A stretch of DNA of 64,000 nucleotides from an uncultured Actinomycetota bacterium (GCA_963786585.1 CAWAZG010000006.1:782338-846337), one strand, 5' to 3'; shown: positions 39,478-49,371, numbered from the stretch's first letter. Numbers and translations are program-made. Notes: generated from the letters alone by a model not told the origin.

Positions 39478-40961
39478 GCCGCCCCGCCCTGCCCCGCTCC
39501 GTCGAGGCCCCGCCGAGCGGCGTGCTGGACACCGCCCGCGCCCTCGTCGTCGCGTCGACCCGCACGGCCGTGGAGCTCACGCTGCAGGGCCCGACGATCG
39601 TGCGGGGCCTCGCCGACCTCGCCCGTACCGGCGCCGGGACGGCCGCCGACCTCAGCCCCCTCATCGTCGACGCCCTGCGTGCGTTGCCGCGGCTCGTGCG
39701 ACTGCTGGAGCAGCTGGCGCCGGTGGCGTCCGGGCTCCAGCACACCCTCGACGAGATCGCGCCCGACCTCACCCGCCTCTCCTACGCCGTCGACGCCCTC
39801 GACCGGCTCGGCGGTGCCGTCGACGACCTCCACGCCCTGGCCCGCGCCGTGCCGGCGCTGCAGGCGATCGCCGGCGCGGCGCCCGACATCCGCGTCCTCG
39901 GCGAGGCGGTGCCGGCGCTGCAGGAGATCGGCCGGGCCCGCGAGGACCTCGCGACGCTGGCGAGCGCCGTGCCCGCGCTCCAGGAGATCGGCCGGGCCGG
40001 CGGCGACATCGCGACCCTCGCGAGCGCCGTGCCCGCCCTCCAGCAGATCGCCGGGGCCGCCCCCGACATCCACGCGCTCGGCGAGGCCGTGCCCGCGCTG
40101 CAGGAGATCGCCGCGGCCCGCGAGTCCATCGCGACCCTCGCGAGCGCCGTGCCCGCGCTCCAGCAGATCGCCGGCGCGACGCCCGACATCCACGCCCTCG
40201 GCGAGGCCGTCCCCGCGCTGCAGGAGATCGCCCGGGCCCGCGGCGACCTCGCCGCCCTCGCGAGCGCCGTGCCGTCCCTCGAGCGCCTCGGCTACGCCAC
40301 CGACGACCTGCACGTCATCGCGAGCGCCGTGCCCGCCCTCCAGCAGATCGGCGAGGCGGCCGGCCAGCTGGAGACCCTGGCGGGCGCGGTCCCGTCCCTG
40401 GAGCGGATCGCCGGCGCCGCCGACGACATCGGCACGATCGCCGGCGCCACCGGCACCGTCGAGCGCATCGCCGAGGGCGTGCCCACCGTCGGGCGCCTCG
40501 CCGACGCCGTCCCCACCGTCGTCCGGCTGGCCGAGGCGATCCCGACGCTCGAGACCCTCGGCGGCGCGGTGGACGACCTGCACGCGCTCGGCACCGCGGT
40601 CGCCGACCTCCACCATCTCGCCCAGGCCGCGCCGGCCCTGCAACAGATGGCCGGCGCGGTCGACGAGGTGCGCAAGCTGAGCGGGGCGATCGAGCACATC
40701 GAGGTCCTCGCCCGTCACGCCGACACCACGTTCCCCGACGTGCCGCCGCGCCTGGCCAACCTCGACGCCGGGCTGTCGACCGCGGCCGGCGAGCTGCAGA
40801 AGGTCAGCCCTGACCTGCGGACCCTCGCCGGCCGGATCGACAACCTCGACGAGCAGATCAAGGTCCTCGCCGACGCCCTCGCCCCGCTGCAGGGCACGAC
40901 CGAGCGCCTCGGCCGTGTCGTCGACCGCCTTCCCGGGCGCAAGAGGTCCGACGAGCGGTAG
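39474..40961 (+). CDS. alanine-rich helical tandem-repeat protein of unknown function
   Basis: Ten 20-aa repeats (xxAVPALQxIxxAxxDIxxL), then 10-aa units; start overlaps YibE/F stop. Confidence 0.8.
   Translation: MSRPALPRSVEAPPSGVLDTARALVVASTRTAVELTLQGPTIVRGLADLARTGAGTAADLSPLIVDALRALPRLVRLLEQLAPVASGLQHTLDEIAPDLTRLSYAVDALDRLGGAVDDLHALARAVPALQAIAGAAPDIRVLGEAVPALQEIGRAREDLATLASAVPALQEIGRAGGDIATLASAVPALQQIAGAAPDIHALGEAVPALQEIAAARESIATLASAVPALQQIAGATPDIHALGEAVPALQEIARARGDLAALASAVPSLERLGYATDDLHVIASAVPALQQIGEAAGQLETLAGAVPSLERIAGAADDIGTIAGATGTVERIAEGVPTVGRLADAVPTVVRLAEAIPTLETLGGAVDDLHALGTAVADLHHLAQAAPALQQMAGAVDEVRKLSGAIEHIEVLARHADTTFPDVPPRLANLDAGLSTAAGELQKVSPDLRTLAGRIDNLDEQIKVLADALAPLQGTTERLGRVVDRLPGRKRSDER
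39840..40439 (+). repeat. intragenic 60-bp tandem repeat x10
   Basis: GCCGT(G/C)CC...CAG(G/C)AGATCG-type unit recurs at the same column in ten consecutive 60-nt lines. Confidence 0.9.
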
Positions 40962-41149
40962 CGCGTCCCGGCCGAGCGGGCGGGTGCTCTCCATGTCGAT
41001 CTCTCGACAGTGCTGCCAGTGCGCCCGCGCTGCTGACACTCCGGAAGGGGCACGGTCGGGCACCCGAGCGTCGAGATCACCAGGCCGAGACGCACCTCGG
41101 AACGCGCTCTCGAGGTGCCTTTCGACCCGGTGATCATGGGCGAGGACGC

Positions 41150-41878
41150 TCAGCCTGCTCCCGACGGCAGGGCGGCGCCGGTGTCCTTCAGCCCGATGCC
41201 CGAGAGCTGCAGGCGGAAGGACTCGGTCAGGAGCGCGGCGAGGATCTCCGCGGCACCGTCGTAGGTCAGGCCGTCGGGCGGGCGGATGTTCGAGACGCAG
41301 TTGCGCTCGGAGTCCACGCGCCCCGGGCGCGGCTCGAAGGTCAGGTACGCGCCGAGGGAGTCGGGCGACGACATCCCTGGGCGCTCACCGATGAGCACGA
41401 GCACCATCCGCCCACCGAGCGCGACGGCGATCTCGTCGCCCAGCGCCACCCGGGCCTGCTCGGCGACGACCACCGGCGCCACCGACCAACCCTCCAGCCG
41501 CGGCAGCAGGGCGTCGACCACCGCCACGGCGTGGTCCTGCACGGCGCGGGCCGAGAGTCCGTCGGAGATCACGACGACGAGGTCGTGCTCACCGGCCTCG
41601 AGCCCGTGCTCGGGGGCGAGACGACGCCCCAGGTCCGGGCGCTGCAGGTACTCGGCACGGTCGGCGGCCTGCGAGTGCACGACGGGCCCGGCCCGGTCGC
41701 CGAGCGCGGCGACGATCGCGTCGGCGTCCAGCGCGGTGTGCACGGCGTCGCGGGCCTGGGCGTGGGCGGCGGCGAGGCGGAGGTTCTCGGCGGTGGACAG
41801 GCCGTCGCCGGCGCGTCCGAGACCGACCCGTGCCCGGGTGGCGGCGCGCAACGCGTCCCACGGATCGACATCGCTCAT
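41150..41878 (-). CDS. eutC: ethanolamine ammonia-lyase small subunit
   Basis: ARVGLGRAG, YLQRPDLGR, DGLS, LIGERPGM, SERNCVSNI. Confidence 0.95.
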   Translation of the reverse strand: MSDVDPWDALRAATRARVGLGRAGDGLSTAENLRLAAAHAQARDAVHTALDADAIVAALGDRAGPVVHSQAADRAEYLQRPDLGRRLAPEHGLEAGEHDLVVVISDGLSARAVQDHAVAVVDALLPRLEGWSVAPVVVAEQARVALGDEIAVALGGRMVLVLIGERPGMSSPDSLGAYLTFEPRPGRVDSERNCVSNIRPPDGLTYDGAAEILAALLTESFRLQLSGIGLKDTGAALPSGAG

Positions 41879-43248
41879 CCCATCAGCGCCCGGATCGGCT
41901 CCGGCACCAGCTGCGGCACGCGACCGGCGTCGTCGAGCAGCCCCACCGACCCCAGCCACGCCTCGAACTCGGGCGCCGGCCGCAGCCCGAGCGTCTGGCG
42001 GACCTGCAGCACGTCCTGGAACGACAGCGACTGGTAGTTGAGCATGATGTCGTCGCCCCCCGGGACGGTGATCACGAACGAGCAGCCCGCGGCACCCAGG
42101 GTGAGCAGCAGGGTGTCGGTGTCGTCGGCGTCGGCCTCGGCGTGGTTGGTGTAGCAGACGTCGACGCCCATCGGGACGCCGAGCAGCTTGCCGCAGAGGT
42201 GGTCCTCCAGGCCGGCGCGCAGGATCTGCTTGCCGTCGAAGAGGTACTCCGGGCCGATGAAGCCGACGACGGTGTTGACGAGCAGCGGGTCGAACGCCCG
42301 GCACACGGCGTAGGCCCGGGCCTCGAGGGTCTGCTCGTCGACGTCGTGGTGGGCGTCGGCCGACAGCGCCGAACCCTGCCCCGTCTCGAAGTACGTGACG
42401 TTGTTGCCGACGGTGCCGCGGTGCAGCTCGGACGCCGCGGCGTGGGCCTCGCGCAGCTGGTCCAGCGTCACCCCGAAGCCCCGGTTGGCCGCCTGGGTGC
42501 CGGCGACGGACTGGAAGACGAGATCGATCGGGGCGCCCTGTTCGATCAGCTCCAGCGTGGTGGTCACGTGCGTGAGCACGCACGACTGGATCGGCGCCCC
42601 GAGCCGCTGGCGCGCGTCGTCGATCAGCTCGAGCAGCGCGCGCACCGTCGACGGCCGGTCGGTGGCGGGGTTGATGCCGACCACCGCGTCGCCGGCGCCG
42701 TGCAGCAGCCCGTCCACCAGCGACGCGGTGATGCCGACGGGGTCGTCGGTCGGGTGGTTGGGTTGCAGGCGCGTCGCCAGCCGGCCCTCGAGGCCGATGG
42801 TCGTGCGCAGGCCCGTGACGACGCGGGTCTTGCGCCCCACGGCGACCAGGTCGCCGACGCGCATGAGCTTGCTGACCGCCGCCACCATCTCGGGAGTGAG
42901 CCCGGGCGCGAGGTCGCTCAGCACGGTGGTGTCGGCTTCCCAGGACAGCAGCCAGTCCCGGAAGCCGCCGACGGTCAGCGACCGCACGGGCGCGAACGCG
43001 GCGGCGTCGTGGGAGTCCATGATCAGCCGGGTGACGTCGTCGTCCTCGTAGGGCACGACGGCCTCGTCGAGGAAGTGCGCGAGCGGCAGGTCGGCGAGCA
43101 CCGTCTGGGCGGCCACCCGCTCGGCGGCGGACTCGGCGGCCACGCCGGCGAGCACGTCCCCCGAGCGCGCCGGCGTCGCCTTGGCGAGCAGCTCGCGCAG
43201 GTCGGCGAAGCCGTACGAGTGCCCGCCGAGCGTGGTCGTCCAGCTCAT
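41875..43248 (-). CDS. eutB: ethanolamine ammonia-lyase large subunit
   Basis: RSGDVLAG, RLQPNHPTDD, YFETGQGS, NTVVGFIGPEY, DIMLNYQS. Confidence 0.96.
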   Translation of the reverse strand: MSWTTTLGGHSYGFADLRELLAKATPARSGDVLAGVAAESAAERVAAQTVLADLPLAHFLDEAVVPYEDDDVTRLIMDSHDAAAFAPVRSLTVGGFRDWLLSWEADTTVLSDLAPGLTPEMVAAVSKLMRVGDLVAVGRKTRVVTGLRTTIGLEGRLATRLQPNHPTDDPVGITASLVDGLLHGAGDAVVGINPATDRPSTVRALLELIDDARQRLGAPIQSCVLTHVTTTLELIEQGAPIDLVFQSVAGTQAANRGFGVTLDQLREAHAAASELHRGTVGNNVTYFETGQGSALSADAHHDVDEQTLEARAYAVCRAFDPLLVNTVVGFIGPEYLFDGKQILRAGLEDHLCGKLLGVPMGVDVCYTNHAEADADDTDTLLLTLGAAGCSFVITVPGGDDIMLNYQSLSFQDVLQVRQTLGLRPAPEFEAWLGSVGLLDDAGRVPQLVPEPIRALMG

Positions 43249-44681
43249 CCGATCTCCTCCTCGGCCGCGGCCAGTGCCGCGAACTCCTCGTCCGGGGCCG
43301 ACGCGACGAGGTGGTGGCGTGAGTAGAACCCGAAGTAGGCCATGAACACGGCGAAGGCGCCGAGCGCGCAGAGCGCCGCGACGACGTCGACCAGGAACGT
43401 GGCCACGACGGCGGCGAGCGCCAGCACCAATGCGACGCCCGTGGTGATCCGTCCGCCCGGCGTCCGGTACGGCCGCGGCATGTCGGGGTTCCGGACGCGC
43501 AGGACCTGGTGCGCCACCATCATCAGGACGTAGGACAGCGTCGCCCCGAAGACCGCGAGGTTGATGAGGATGTCGCCGTTGCCGGTCGCGGCGAGGACGA
43601 AGCCGATGGCGCCGGGGACGATCAGCGCGAGCGTCGGCGCCTTACGGCTGTTGGTGCGCGAGAGCACGCGCGGCAGGTAGCCCGCGCGCGAGAGCGCGAA
43701 GGTCTGGCGCGAGTAGGCGTAGATGATCGAGAAGAAGCTCGCGATCAGGCCGAGCAGACCGACGTAGTTCACGGTCGTCGACAGCCACGTCGACCCGCCG
43801 GAGCCGGCCTCGAGCGCGCTGACCAGCGGGTTGTCGCTCGTCGAGAGCCCGAGGGAGCCCTGCGCACCGGGGGCCAGGAAGAGCACGGCGGCCGCCGAGA
43901 CGGCCAGGACGCCCATCGCCACGATGATCCCGCGCGGCACCGCGCGCACGGGGTCGCGCGCCTCCTCGGCGGCCAGCGGGACGCCCTCGACGGCGAGGAA
44001 GAACCAGATCGCGAACGGGAAGCTCGCCCACACGCCGACCAGGCCGAACGGCAGGAACGGGGACGCGCCGACGGCGTCGCCGGCCGGGATGTCGGTGAGG
44101 TTCGCGGTGTCGAAGGACCCGATGGCGCCGAACGCGAAGAGCAGGAGGCCGGCCAGCGCGATCGCGGTGATCACGAAGGTGACCTTGAGGGCCTCGCCCA
44201 CACCCAGCAGGTGGATGCCGATGAAGAGCACGTAGCAGGCGAGGTAGACCCACCAGCCGTCGGTGATCCCGAACAGTCCGAGCGACTCGACGTAGCCGCC
44301 GATGAACGTCGCGATCGCGGCCGGGGCCACGGCGTACTCGAGCAGGATCGCGGCACCCGTCGCGAAGCCGCCCCACGGTCCCATCGCGACGCGGGCGAAG
44401 GTGTAGCCGCCGCCGGCCGCCGGCAGCGCCGAGGACATCTCGGCGAGCCCGAGCACCATGCAGGCGTACATCACGGCCATGAGCACCGCGGCGATCGCGA
44501 GCCCGCCCCAGCCGCCCTGCGCGAGCCCGAAGTGCCAGCCCGCGTAGTCGCCCGAGATCACGTACGCGACGCCGAGGCCGGCCAGCAGGACCCAGCTCGC
44601 GGAGCCGGCCTTGAGCTGCCGAGCGGCGAGGTAGTCACTCCCCGCGCCCGTCCCGGGGTTCGACTCCACCCGATCCGCCAT
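43245..44681 (-). CDS. eat: ethanolamine permease (APC family)
   Basis: YVISGDYAGW, AGGGY, WFFLAVEG, RPYRTPG; upstream of eutBC. Confidence 0.92.
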   Translation of the reverse strand: MADRVESNPGTGAGSDYLAARQLKAGSASWVLLAGLGVAYVISGDYAGWHFGLAQGGWGGLAIAAVLMAVMYACMVLGLAEMSSALPAAGGGYTFARVAMGPWGGFATGAAILLEYAVAPAAIATFIGGYVESLGLFGITDGWWVYLACYVLFIGIHLLGVGEALKVTFVITAIALAGLLLFAFGAIGSFDTANLTDIPAGDAVGASPFLPFGLVGVWASFPFAIWFFLAVEGVPLAAEEARDPVRAVPRGIIVAMGVLAVSAAAVLFLAPGAQGSLGLSTSDNPLVSALEAGSGGSTWLSTTVNYVGLLGLIASFFSIIYAYSRQTFALSRAGYLPRVLSRTNSRKAPTLALIVPGAIGFVLAATGNGDILINLAVFGATLSYVLMMVAHQVLRVRNPDMPRPYRTPGGRITTGVALVLALAAVVATFLVDVVAALCALGAFAVFMAYFGFYSRHHLVASAPDEEFAALAAAEEEIG

Positions 44682-44775
44682 GTGTGTCCCCTTCTACCGT
44701 CCCCCGGATGCCACAGCGTGAGGCAGGTGTGAAGTCCGTGGGTGACGATGGGGTTGCGATCGCCGACGGGCGAGA

Positions 44776-45207
44776 TCAGTCGGCGAGGTTCGTGCGGCAG
44801 CGGTTGAGCAGGGCGCGCAGGTCGGCGCGCTCGGCGTCGTCGAACCCGTCGACCATGCTGGCCTCGACCTCCGCGGCCACCGGTGCGAGCCGCTCGAGCA
44901 GCGACCAGCCGTCGTCGGACAGCCCGATCAGCACGCGCCGCCCGTGCGCGGGGTCCGGGGTGCGCGTGATCCACCGCCCGCGTTCGAGGGCGGCGACCAG
45001 GTCGCCCATCGCCTGGGCGCTGACGAAGGCGTTGCGGGCGAGCTCGGCGCTGGTCTGCCCCTCGCGGCGCGCGAGCACCGTCAGCGCCGTCCACTGGGGC
45101 ACCGTGATGCCCGATCCCCGCAGCCGCTCGTCGAGGCGGGCGCGCACCGCGAGCTCCACCTGCTTGACGGCGTAGAGCAGGGAAGGCGGTCCCTCTGTCC
45201 TCGTCAC
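44776..45207 (-). CDS. MarR family transcriptional regulator
   Basis: ITVPQWTALTVL, SAELAR, DPAHGRR; divergent from crotonase operon. Confidence 0.9.
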   Translation of the reverse strand: MTRTEGPPSLLYAVKQVELAVRARLDERLRGSGITVPQWTALTVLARREGQTSAELARNAFVSAQAMGDLVAALERGRWITRTPDPAHGRRVLIGLSDDGWSLLERLAPVAAEVEASMVDGFDDAERADLRALLNRCRTNLAD

Positions 45208-45250
45208 CGCACCCTTCCCGGCGCCTTCCGTCGAGGCGGCCGCCCGGATA

Positions 45251-45269
45251 ATATCAACCTCCTTGACAT
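45251..45269. promoter_or_regulatory. candidate MarR operator
   Basis: Imperfect palindrome ATATCAA-cctcc-TTGACAT between divergent MarR and crotonase. Confidence 0.55.
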
Positions 45270-45295
45270 CTCAGGTATCGCCCGGAAGGGGATCG

Positions 45296-46072
45296 ATGGC
45301 GCCGCAACTGCCCCCGTCGCTGACGCTGGACCACGACGGACCGGTCGCCGTGCTGCGCCTCGCGCGCCCGGGCAAGCGCAACGCGCTCGACGACGCCACC
45401 GTCACCGGGCTCGAGGCGTTCTTCACCGCGCCGCCGCCGGACGTGCGCGCCGTGGTGCTCGACGCCGAGGGCGACCACTTCTCCGCCGGGCTCGACCTCG
45501 CGGAGCTCGGGGCCACCGACGGCGTGGCCGGTGTCGAGCACTCGCGCTTCTGGCACCGCGTGTTCGACCGGATGGAGCGCGGGCGCCTCCCGGTCGTCTC
45601 CGTCCTCAAGGGCGCCGTGGTGGGCGGCGGCCTCGAGCTCGCCGCCGCCACGCACGTCCGCGTCGCGGAGACCTCCGCGTTCTACGCCCTGCCCGAGGCA
45701 CGCCACGGCCTCTTCGTCGGGGGCGGCGGCTCGGTGCGGATCCCGCGGCTGATCGGCGTGCACCGCATGACCGACCTGATGCTCACCGGTCGCGTGCTCG
45801 ACGCCCACGAGGGCCTGGCGCTGGGCATCTCCACGTACCTCACCGAGCCCGGCGAGGGCTTCGCGAAGGCCCTCGAGCTGGCCCACCGCATGGCCGACAA
45901 CCCGCCGGTGAGCACGTTCGCGGTGCTCCAGGCCCTGCCCCGCATCGCGGCGGCGCGCGACGAGGAGGGCTACCTCATGGAGTCGCTGATGGCCGCGATC
46001 TCCTCGAGCAGCGCCGAGGCCCAGGACCGCATGACCGCCTTCCTGGACGGACGCGCGGGAAAGGTCCGCTGA
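45296..46072 (+). CDS. crotonase/enoyl-CoA hydratase (CouA-like)
   Basis: KRNAL, GDHFSAGLDL, WHRVFD, GGGLELA, FVGGGGSVRIPRLIG. Confidence 0.9.
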   Translation: MAPQLPPSLTLDHDGPVAVLRLARPGKRNALDDATVTGLEAFFTAPPPDVRAVVLDAEGDHFSAGLDLAELGATDGVAGVEHSRFWHRVFDRMERGRLPVVSVLKGAVVGGGLELAAATHVRVAETSAFYALPEARHGLFVGGGGSVRIPRLIGVHRMTDLMLTGRVLDAHEGLALGISTYLTEPGEGFAKALELAHRMADNPPVSTFAVLQALPRIAAARDEEGYLMESLMAAISSSSAEAQDRMTAFLDGRAGKVR

Positions 46073-48000
46073 TGACGACACCTGCTCCCCCACCGGCGGG
46101 CACCGTCATCGCCCGCTTCGTCGACTGGCTCGCCACCGAGCGCGGGCTGGTGTTCGACGACTACGACGCCCTGCAGCGCTGGTCGGTCACCGACCTCGAC
46201 GGCTTCTGGTCGGCGATCACCGGGTTCTACGCGGTCCCGTTCCACGAGCAGCCCCGCACGGTGCTCGAGAGCCGCCGGATGCCGGGGGCCGTCTGGTTCC
46301 CTGGGGCGACGCTGAACTACGCGGAGCGCGCCGTCGAGGGGCCCGAGCCCGACGACGACGTCGCCCTGCTCGCCTACTCCCAGACCCGCGAGCCCGAGCA
46401 GTGGACGCGCGGCGAGCTGCGCGACGCCGTCGCCCGCGCCCGCGCCGGCCTGGTGCGCCTCGGCGTGGGACGCGGGGACCGGGTGGTCGCCTACGCCCCG
46501 AACATCCCCGAGACGGTGGTCGCGCACCTCGCCGCCGCAAGCCTCGGCGCGGTGTGGGCCTCGTGCGCGCCGGAGTTCGGGGCGCGCAGCGTGATCGACC
46601 GCTTCGCCCAGGTCGAGCCGACGGTGCTCATCGCCGTCGCCGGCTACGTCTACGGCGACAAGCCCATCGATCGCAGCACCGAGGTCGCGGCGCTGCGCGC
46701 GGCCCTCCCGAGCGTGCGCCATGTCGTCGCCGTGCCCTACGGCCCCGGCACGATCCCGGACGCGGTGGCGTGGTCGGAGCTGGTCGGGACCCCGGCGGCG
46801 CCGGCCTACGACCCGGTGCCGTTCGACCACCCGCTGGTGGTGCTGTTCTCGTCGGGCACGACCGGGCCGCCCAAGGCGATCGTGCACGGCCACGGCGGGA
46901 TCACCGTCGAGCACCTCAAGAACCACGGCCTGGCCTGGGACGTGCAGCCCGGCGACCGGATGCTCTGGTTCACCACGACCGCCTGGATGATGTGGAACGC
47001 GCTGGTCTCCGGGCTGCTCCACGGCGCCGCGCTGATCCTCGTCGACGGCAACCCGCTGCACCCCGACCTGGCGTGGCAGTGGCGCCTCGCCGCCGACGCC
47101 CGGGCGACCCACTTCGGGTCCTCCCCCGGCTTCCTCATGGCGTGCCGGGCCGAGGGCGTGCACCCCGCGCGCGACCACGACCTGTCCGCGCTGCGCCAGG
47201 TCTGCGTGGCGGGCAGCCCCCTGCCGCCCGAGGGCTACCGCTGGGTCGCCGAGGAGTTCGGCCCCGACGTCCTGCTGCTCGTGGGCAGCGGCGGCACCGA
47301 CGTGTGCTCCGGGATCGTCCAGGGCGGGCCGTGGCAGGAGGTCGTCGAGGGCGAAATCTCCGGCCGCGAGCTCGGCGTCGACACCGCCGCGTTCGACGAG
47401 GACGGCCACGAGGTGGTGGGCGAGCGCGGCGAGCTGGTGATCCGCGCGCCGATGCCGTCGATGCCGTTGTTCTTCTGGGGCGACAACGACGGCTCCCGGC
47501 TGCACGCCGCCTACTTCGACACCTACCCGGGCGTGTGGCGCCACGGCGACTGGGTGCGGTTCTCGCCGTCCGGTTCGGTCGTCGTCTCGGGCCGCTCGGA
47601 TGCCACGCTGAACCGCGGCGGCGTGCGCCTGGGCACCGCCGAGTTCTACGCCGTCGTCGAGGAGCTGCCCGAGGTCGCCGACAGCCTCGTGATCCACCTC
47701 GAGGACCCCTCCGGCGGACCCGGCGAGCTGCTGTTGTTCGTCGTGCCGGCGCCGGGCCATGAGGTCGACGACGCGCTCGTCGCCCGGATCCGCGGCGAGC
47801 TGCGTTCCTCGCTCTCCCCGCGCCACGTGCCCGACCGGATCCACGGCGTGCCGGCGGTGCCCCGCACGCGGACCGGCAAGAAGCTCGAGGTCCCCGCCAA
47901 GCGGATCCTGCTCGGCGCCGACCCGGACACGGTGGCCTCGCGGGACGCGCTCGTCGACCCCGCCGCACTGGAGCCGTTCGCGGCGCTGGCCCGGCCATGA
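46072..48000 (+). CDS. acetoacetate--CoA ligase family acyl-CoA synthetase
   Basis: WFPGATLNYAE, FSSGTTGPPK, GSGGTD, WRHGDW, GRSDATLNRGGVRLGT, KKLEVP. Confidence 0.9.
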   Translation: MTTPAPPPAGTVIARFVDWLATERGLVFDDYDALQRWSVTDLDGFWSAITGFYAVPFHEQPRTVLESRRMPGAVWFPGATLNYAERAVEGPEPDDDVALLAYSQTREPEQWTRGELRDAVARARAGLVRLGVGRGDRVVAYAPNIPETVVAHLAAASLGAVWASCAPEFGARSVIDRFAQVEPTVLIAVAGYVYGDKPIDRSTEVAALRAALPSVRHVVAVPYGPGTIPDAVAWSELVGTPAAPAYDPVPFDHPLVVLFSSGTTGPPKAIVHGHGGITVEHLKNHGLAWDVQPGDRMLWFTTTAWMMWNALVSGLLHGAALILVDGNPLHPDLAWQWRLAADARATHFGSSPGFLMACRAEGVHPARDHDLSALRQVCVAGSPLPPEGYRWVAEEFGPDVLLLVGSGGTDVCSGIVQGGPWQEVVEGEISGRELGVDTAAFDEDGHEVVGERGELVIRAPMPSMPLFFWGDNDGSRLHAAYFDTYPGVWRHGDWVRFSPSGSVVVSGRSDATLNRGGVRLGTAEFYAVVEELPEVADSLVIHLEDPSGGPGELLLFVVPAPGHEVDDALVARIRGELRSSLSPRHVPDRIHGVPAVPRTRTGKKLEVPAKRILLGADPDTVASRDALVDPAALEPFAALARP

Positions 48001-48875
48001 GGATCGCCGTCGTCGGGACCGGCGTCATCGGCGAGAGCTGGGCGCGGCTCTTCCTCGCCCACGGCCACGAGGTCACGGCCACCGACCCCGCGCCCGGCGC
48101 GGAGGACCGGCTGCGCGCGTCGCTCGGTCCGTCGGAACGGCTGCGGTTCACCGACGACCCGGCCGCGGCCGTCGCCGACGCGGCCTTCGTGCAGGAGAAC
48201 GGCCCGGAGCGTCTCGAGGTCAAGCACGAGCTGCTGGCCACGCTCGACGCCGCCACCCGGCCCGACGTCGTCGTCGCCAGCAGCTCGTCGATGCTGCGCC
48301 CCACCGACCTCGCCCGCGGCGCCCCATCGCACCCCGAGCGCGTCCTCGTCGGGCACCCCTTCAACCCGCCGCACCTCGTGCCGCTGGTGGAGGTGGTGCC
48401 CGGGGAGGCGACGTCACCGGTCGCGGTCGACGCCGCCATGGCGTTCTACCGAGCGGTCGGGCGCACTCCGCTGCGGCTGCGCGCCGAGCTCCCGGGTCAC
48501 CTGGCGAACCGCCTGCAGGCCGCGCTGTGGCGGGAGGCGTACTCGCTGGTGGCGCGCGGGGTGGCGACGGTCGCCGACGTCGACACCGCGATCACCGAGG
48601 GGCCGGGTCTGCGGTGGGCGGCGCTGGGTCCGTTCGCCAACCAGCACCTCTCCGGCGGCCCGGGCGGCATCGCGCACGTCCTCGAGCACCTCGGGCCCGG
48701 CACCGAGACGCTGTGGGCCGACCTCGGGACGGCGTCGCACACCCCGGAGCTCGTGGCCAGCATCGTCGCCGGCATCGACGAGGCCCTCGCCGGGAGCGAG
48801 TCCGCCGACCTCCTCGCCCGCCGGGACGCGGTGATCGCCGCCGTGCTCGCCGCCCGGGCGCCCGAGGGCGGCTGA
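47997..48875 (+). CDS. 3-hydroxyacyl-CoA dehydrogenase family (carnitine dehydrogenase-like)
   Basis: GTGVIG, VQENGPE, HPFNPPHLVPLVE, NRLQAALWRE, GPGLRW. Confidence 0.88.
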   Translation: MRIAVVGTGVIGESWARLFLAHGHEVTATDPAPGAEDRLRASLGPSERLRFTDDPAAAVADAAFVQENGPERLEVKHELLATLDAATRPDVVVASSSSMLRPTDLARGAPSHPERVLVGHPFNPPHLVPLVEVVPGEATSPVAVDAAMAFYRAVGRTPLRLRAELPGHLANRLQAALWREAYSLVARGVATVADVDTAITEGPGLRWAALGPFANQHLSGGPGGIAHVLEHLGPGTETLWADLGTASHTPELVASIVAGIDEALAGSESADLLARRDAVIAAVLAARAPEGG

Positions 48876-48946
48876 TCGGCCCGGTCACATCCGTGGCCGC
48901 CCGTGCGTCTCCTCGTCGACGTCCCCGACGACCCGAGGAGCCCACG

Positions 48947-49363
48947 ATGGACGCCCGCACCCTCACCTACCGGACCACCACCGCCGTCACCGTGTTCGTG
49001 CTGCTCTCGGGCGGCCTGGCCTACCTGCTCGGCGCCGAGTGGGCCGTCGCGGGCGTGACCGCGCTCGGCTACCCCGCCTACGTCGTCACCCTGCTCGGCG
49101 TGTGGAAGGTGCTCGGCGCCGTCGCCCTTACCGTCCCCGGCTACCCGCGGCTCAAGGAGTGGGCCTACGCCGGGATCGTGTTCGACCTCAGCGGCGCCGC
49201 GGTCTCCCACCTCGCCTCGGGCAGCCCGGCGTTCCACCTGGTGGTGACGACGACGCTTCTCGTCGTCGCCGGGCTCTCGTGGGCGACCCGTCCGACCTCA
49301 CGACGCCTCGCGGCGCCCACCGAGCGCCGCGAGCCCATGGCCGAGCCCGTTCCGGCCGCCTGA
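48947..49363 (+). CDS. DoxX-like membrane protein
   Basis: GAGG RBS; LGYPAY, LGVWKVLG, LKEWAYAG. Confidence 0.85.
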   Translation: MDARTLTYRTTTAVTVFVLLSGGLAYLLGAEWAVAGVTALGYPAYVVTLLGVWKVLGAVALTVPGYPRLKEWAYAGIVFDLSGAAVSHLASGSPAFHLVVTTTLLVVAGLSWATRPTSRRLAAPTERREPMAEPVPAA

Positions 49364-49371
49364 TCAAGCGA

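Noticed and set aside
39840-40439. 60-bp periodic array as a CRISPR array
   Set aside because: No constant repeat with unique spacers; variation follows codon structure within an open frame; no cas genes.
41003-41040. Possible fifth copy of the 37-bp element (ends GCTGACAC)
   Set aside because: Only the terminal word matches; the rest aligns no better than GC background.
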